64,000 bases of DNA from Nemertoderma westbladi. Its lineage: Eukaryota; Animalia; Xenacoelomorpha. Where the stretch lies: positions 2,812-66,811 of the forward strand of contig JAUCBJ010001719.1 in assembly GCA_032718475.1 (NCBI GenBank), read 5' to 3'. The stretch's first letter is position 1; every line of letters begins with the position of its first letter. This document shows positions 61,493 through 64,000 of this stretch, one piece after another. The position numbers and the translations under genes are program-made. The notes under the pieces are model-generated. The model saw only the letters and a program-made list of their open reading frames with translations, did not search any database and was not told the DNA's origin.

Positions 61493-64000
61493 ATGTCTGA
61501 TACTAAGCAGAACCTGTCAGACAGTCTACTAGATACAACCGAGAGTGAAGTGACAGCAGAGAAACCGCATAAGAGGGATGCCATTGACATCTATCTGTCA
61601 GACTATCAACGTTTTTTAGGTGATGACGAGTTGAGGAGAAGGTTAGAGGGACTTAGCCCTAATAGTGAAGGAACCAAGCTTGTGTTGGATGCCATCGATG
61701 TGGATAGGTTAGCTGCGAACCAAGCTAAATTCGATGAACAACTCCGCATCGCTAGAGAAAGGGAAGAACAAGTAAGGAAAAAGCGTATAGAAGACAGAAA
61801 GATAGCAGCAGTGGCAGAGGCAGAAAGAAAAGCGGCAGCGGCAGAGGCAAAAGCGGCAGCGGCAGCGGCAAAAGCGGCAGCAGTAGCGGAAGCAGAACGA
61901 ACAGTGGCGGAAGCAGAACGAACAGAGGCAAAAGCAGCAGCAGTGGCGGAAGTAGAACGAAAAGCGGCTGAAGAGATCATCCAACTGGAGTTGGAAAATC
62001 TTCAAGAGAAGCAAGACGACTTCAGTAAACAGTTAGCAGCTAGTAATATGCAGATGATGAATCGATCTACTCCCAAACGACAGGGATATACATCATCTGA
62101 GGAAGGCGATACCACCGACACTGAAGGCGGAAGAAATCGATCTCGTCTAAGCAGACGTAAAAGAACATTCCACCGGCAGAAATTGCCTGATTTGCCTCCA
62201 GCTGTTAGAAGGCAACTAAATAACACCAAAGTAGGTAGTACAGAACCCACAGACCAAATAATTACAATAGAGAGACTCCCTACTATAGTAGATGAGCCTG
62301 AAATAATTAGGCCTGTTCCCAAAGCTACCCTTTCGGTCGTAGGGACGCCTGTACTCCCTGAACCTACTTCCCAATTCCCTTTGCACAGCACTAAGCTACC
62401 TGTGCCCAGCAGAACAGTCCATGAGACAGTGCATACCCTGGACTCCGAGCGAAATATTCCAGATTTGTCGCCTGTTGTCCCTCGTCCGCCCGCTACAACG
62501 TTGGCGACTCCCGCTTCGGCGGTCGAATGGGTGGACGAGAGACGACGGGGGATGGATCTCCTGCTCGGGCAGATGCAGGAGACTGTCCAACAATTCAAGG
62601 GCACAGTAAGGGAAAGTAGGCTAGAGTTGCAAGAAGTGCAGCAAAGTATCGCGCTTGAACGCGATACCCAAAGAGGTGAGGTCTCTATAGGGGTGTCGCG
62701 AACAGGCGGCGGCGGGCTCGTGAGGGTCTGGGGGCACGTTAAATCTTCAAGTATAGTGCAAGGGAGTTACTGAAGGCCCTCGTGTCTTGCGAACCATGAA
62801 TTGACATGGTGCCGTGGTACCGTCTAGTCGGCCTGTTGCCGTACTGCCAGTCCTGTACACAGTAGGGGTGGTGGCATAGTGTGATCTGTGGTTTGTGTGT
62901 GTACGTAGTATACGTGAGTGTGTGTATGGCCACTGCGAGTGAGTGTGGGAAACCTTGCCGGTTGGTTCAGTCGCCGCCGGTTATTAGTAGGACCATATCT
63001 TTACTGCGCCCCAGCATACTTTGTGCACACAAAGTTATTTTGCCCTGACGGCAAAATAAGGTACTCTCGACTCTTTAACAGTCGATACAATTTTGTCCCC
63101 TCTGATTTTGTCCCCGATTTTGTCTATTCCCGATTATGTCTTCTGTGTGTGCATGGTATGTGTCCGATTTTGTGTCTACCGTAGTGTACTCGATTTCGTG
63201 AGCATCTATTGAGTACATGTGTACAGTGACTGGTAAGTGGTGACTTGTTCTTAGCTTAGCTTTTAAGCTAGTCAGTATTGTTGGTGGAACCGACTTCCCC
63301 TCAATACTGCCGGCGAGGCGGGTGAAAACGGTCAATATTCCATGTTGGGTAGCGCAAGCCCACATGGGACAAGACCGTCGGTTTGGCTCAAGGGCGACCT
63401 TGATGCTCGATCGCTATCGACTGGTCCACCCGCCGGTTGACTCTCTGAGTTGGCTCAATGTACAGTCAGGCCACAGTAAGTTGACAGTAGGCGAACTTTG
63501 AGTCGCCGTTCGGCTACACACGACGAGCTGTGCCGGTGTGATCGGGGGATTGAAAATTGAACCCGGGAAGCATCGGGCTACCCTCCGGCCCGGTCTGATA
63601 AAAACGGAGTCGGACTGGCCCCAAGGGTAGTGGGACAGCGTCCGCCTCATGGGTGCGCCTCGGGGAGGAGCCCAGAAGGACGCAAGCGAAATTAGTAAAC
63701 ACCCAAAAGGGTATACCACCACCCTCTGTAACAATGTGTCAACCCGTTAGGTCTGAAGTATCTCATGCGCAAGGTGTGGAGCCTACACGCATTTATACTG
63801 CTAGCGAAGTAGAAACTCCTATAGTGAACCCTATTAAGGGTAATTATAGACCTGTTGATAATGATATTCCATATAGAACTGACCATAATCCTAGAAATTT
63901 ATATACCGATAACTCGATATTAAATAGCACGATGGCCCAAGAAAGTTTTACGCGTCAAATGGCTAGAACCGAAGCCCGGCAAGCGGTAAAGGTTGGAGAG
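61493..64000 (+). pseudogene. gag of BEL copy 3, interrupted by a 1-kb insert
   Basis: Ala/Glu-rich coiled-coil N-terminus; matches copy 2 gag to about 62665 and resumes at about 63690. Confidence 0.9.
62666..63689 (-). mobile_element. Probable DIRS/Ngaro-type tyrosine recombinase 3' fragment
   Basis: Minus-strand frames give GPVRLRFY..SPMLP, HTG.ARR and GGWTS in the order of YR motifs CPV..L..Y, PLF, HS.R, GRW.S. Confidence 0.45.

Larger units (their letters stand above)
58293..64000 (+). mobile_element. BEL/Pao LTR retrotransposon copy 3 (5' part)
   Basis: LTR 58293-59519, leader of about 2 kb and gag homologous to copy 2. Confidence 0.93.

Overview
Eukaryotic, most likely animal (invertebrate-like), repeat-rich DNA made almost entirely of nested transposable elements; I found no intact host gene. 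The dominant element is a large BEL/Pao LTR retrotransposon family present three times: copy 1 (about 4097-17820, 5'-truncated, decayed gag-pol), copy 2 (44819-56290, complete with 1151-bp LTRs and a CACTG target duplication, but pol-deleted) and copy 3 (58293 to the window end). Main observation: both visible 5' LTRs lack a tRNA primer-binding site. In each, the 11-12 nt right after the LTR are perfectly complementary to a segment inside the element's own LTR, at the same aligned position and with 4 compensatory changes between copies. This points to Tf1-like self-primed reverse transcription in a BEL/Pao lineage. The family also carries a covarying structured U5, a 1.7-kb structured spacer with tandem pseudoknot motifs after pol, and a non-env accessory ORF that has a divergent homologue at 3-1502. 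Other content: a Gypsy fragment, a 5.15-kb tandem duplication with nested MITEs, hAT MITEs inserted in a 12-bp satellite, a CR1-type fragment, a Penelope-like RT next to a LINE-type ORF1 across a 49-bp array, an EgtD-like methyltransferase pseudogene cut by copy 3, and a probable tyrosine-recombinase fragment. All assignments come from reading motifs by eye; no searches were run.
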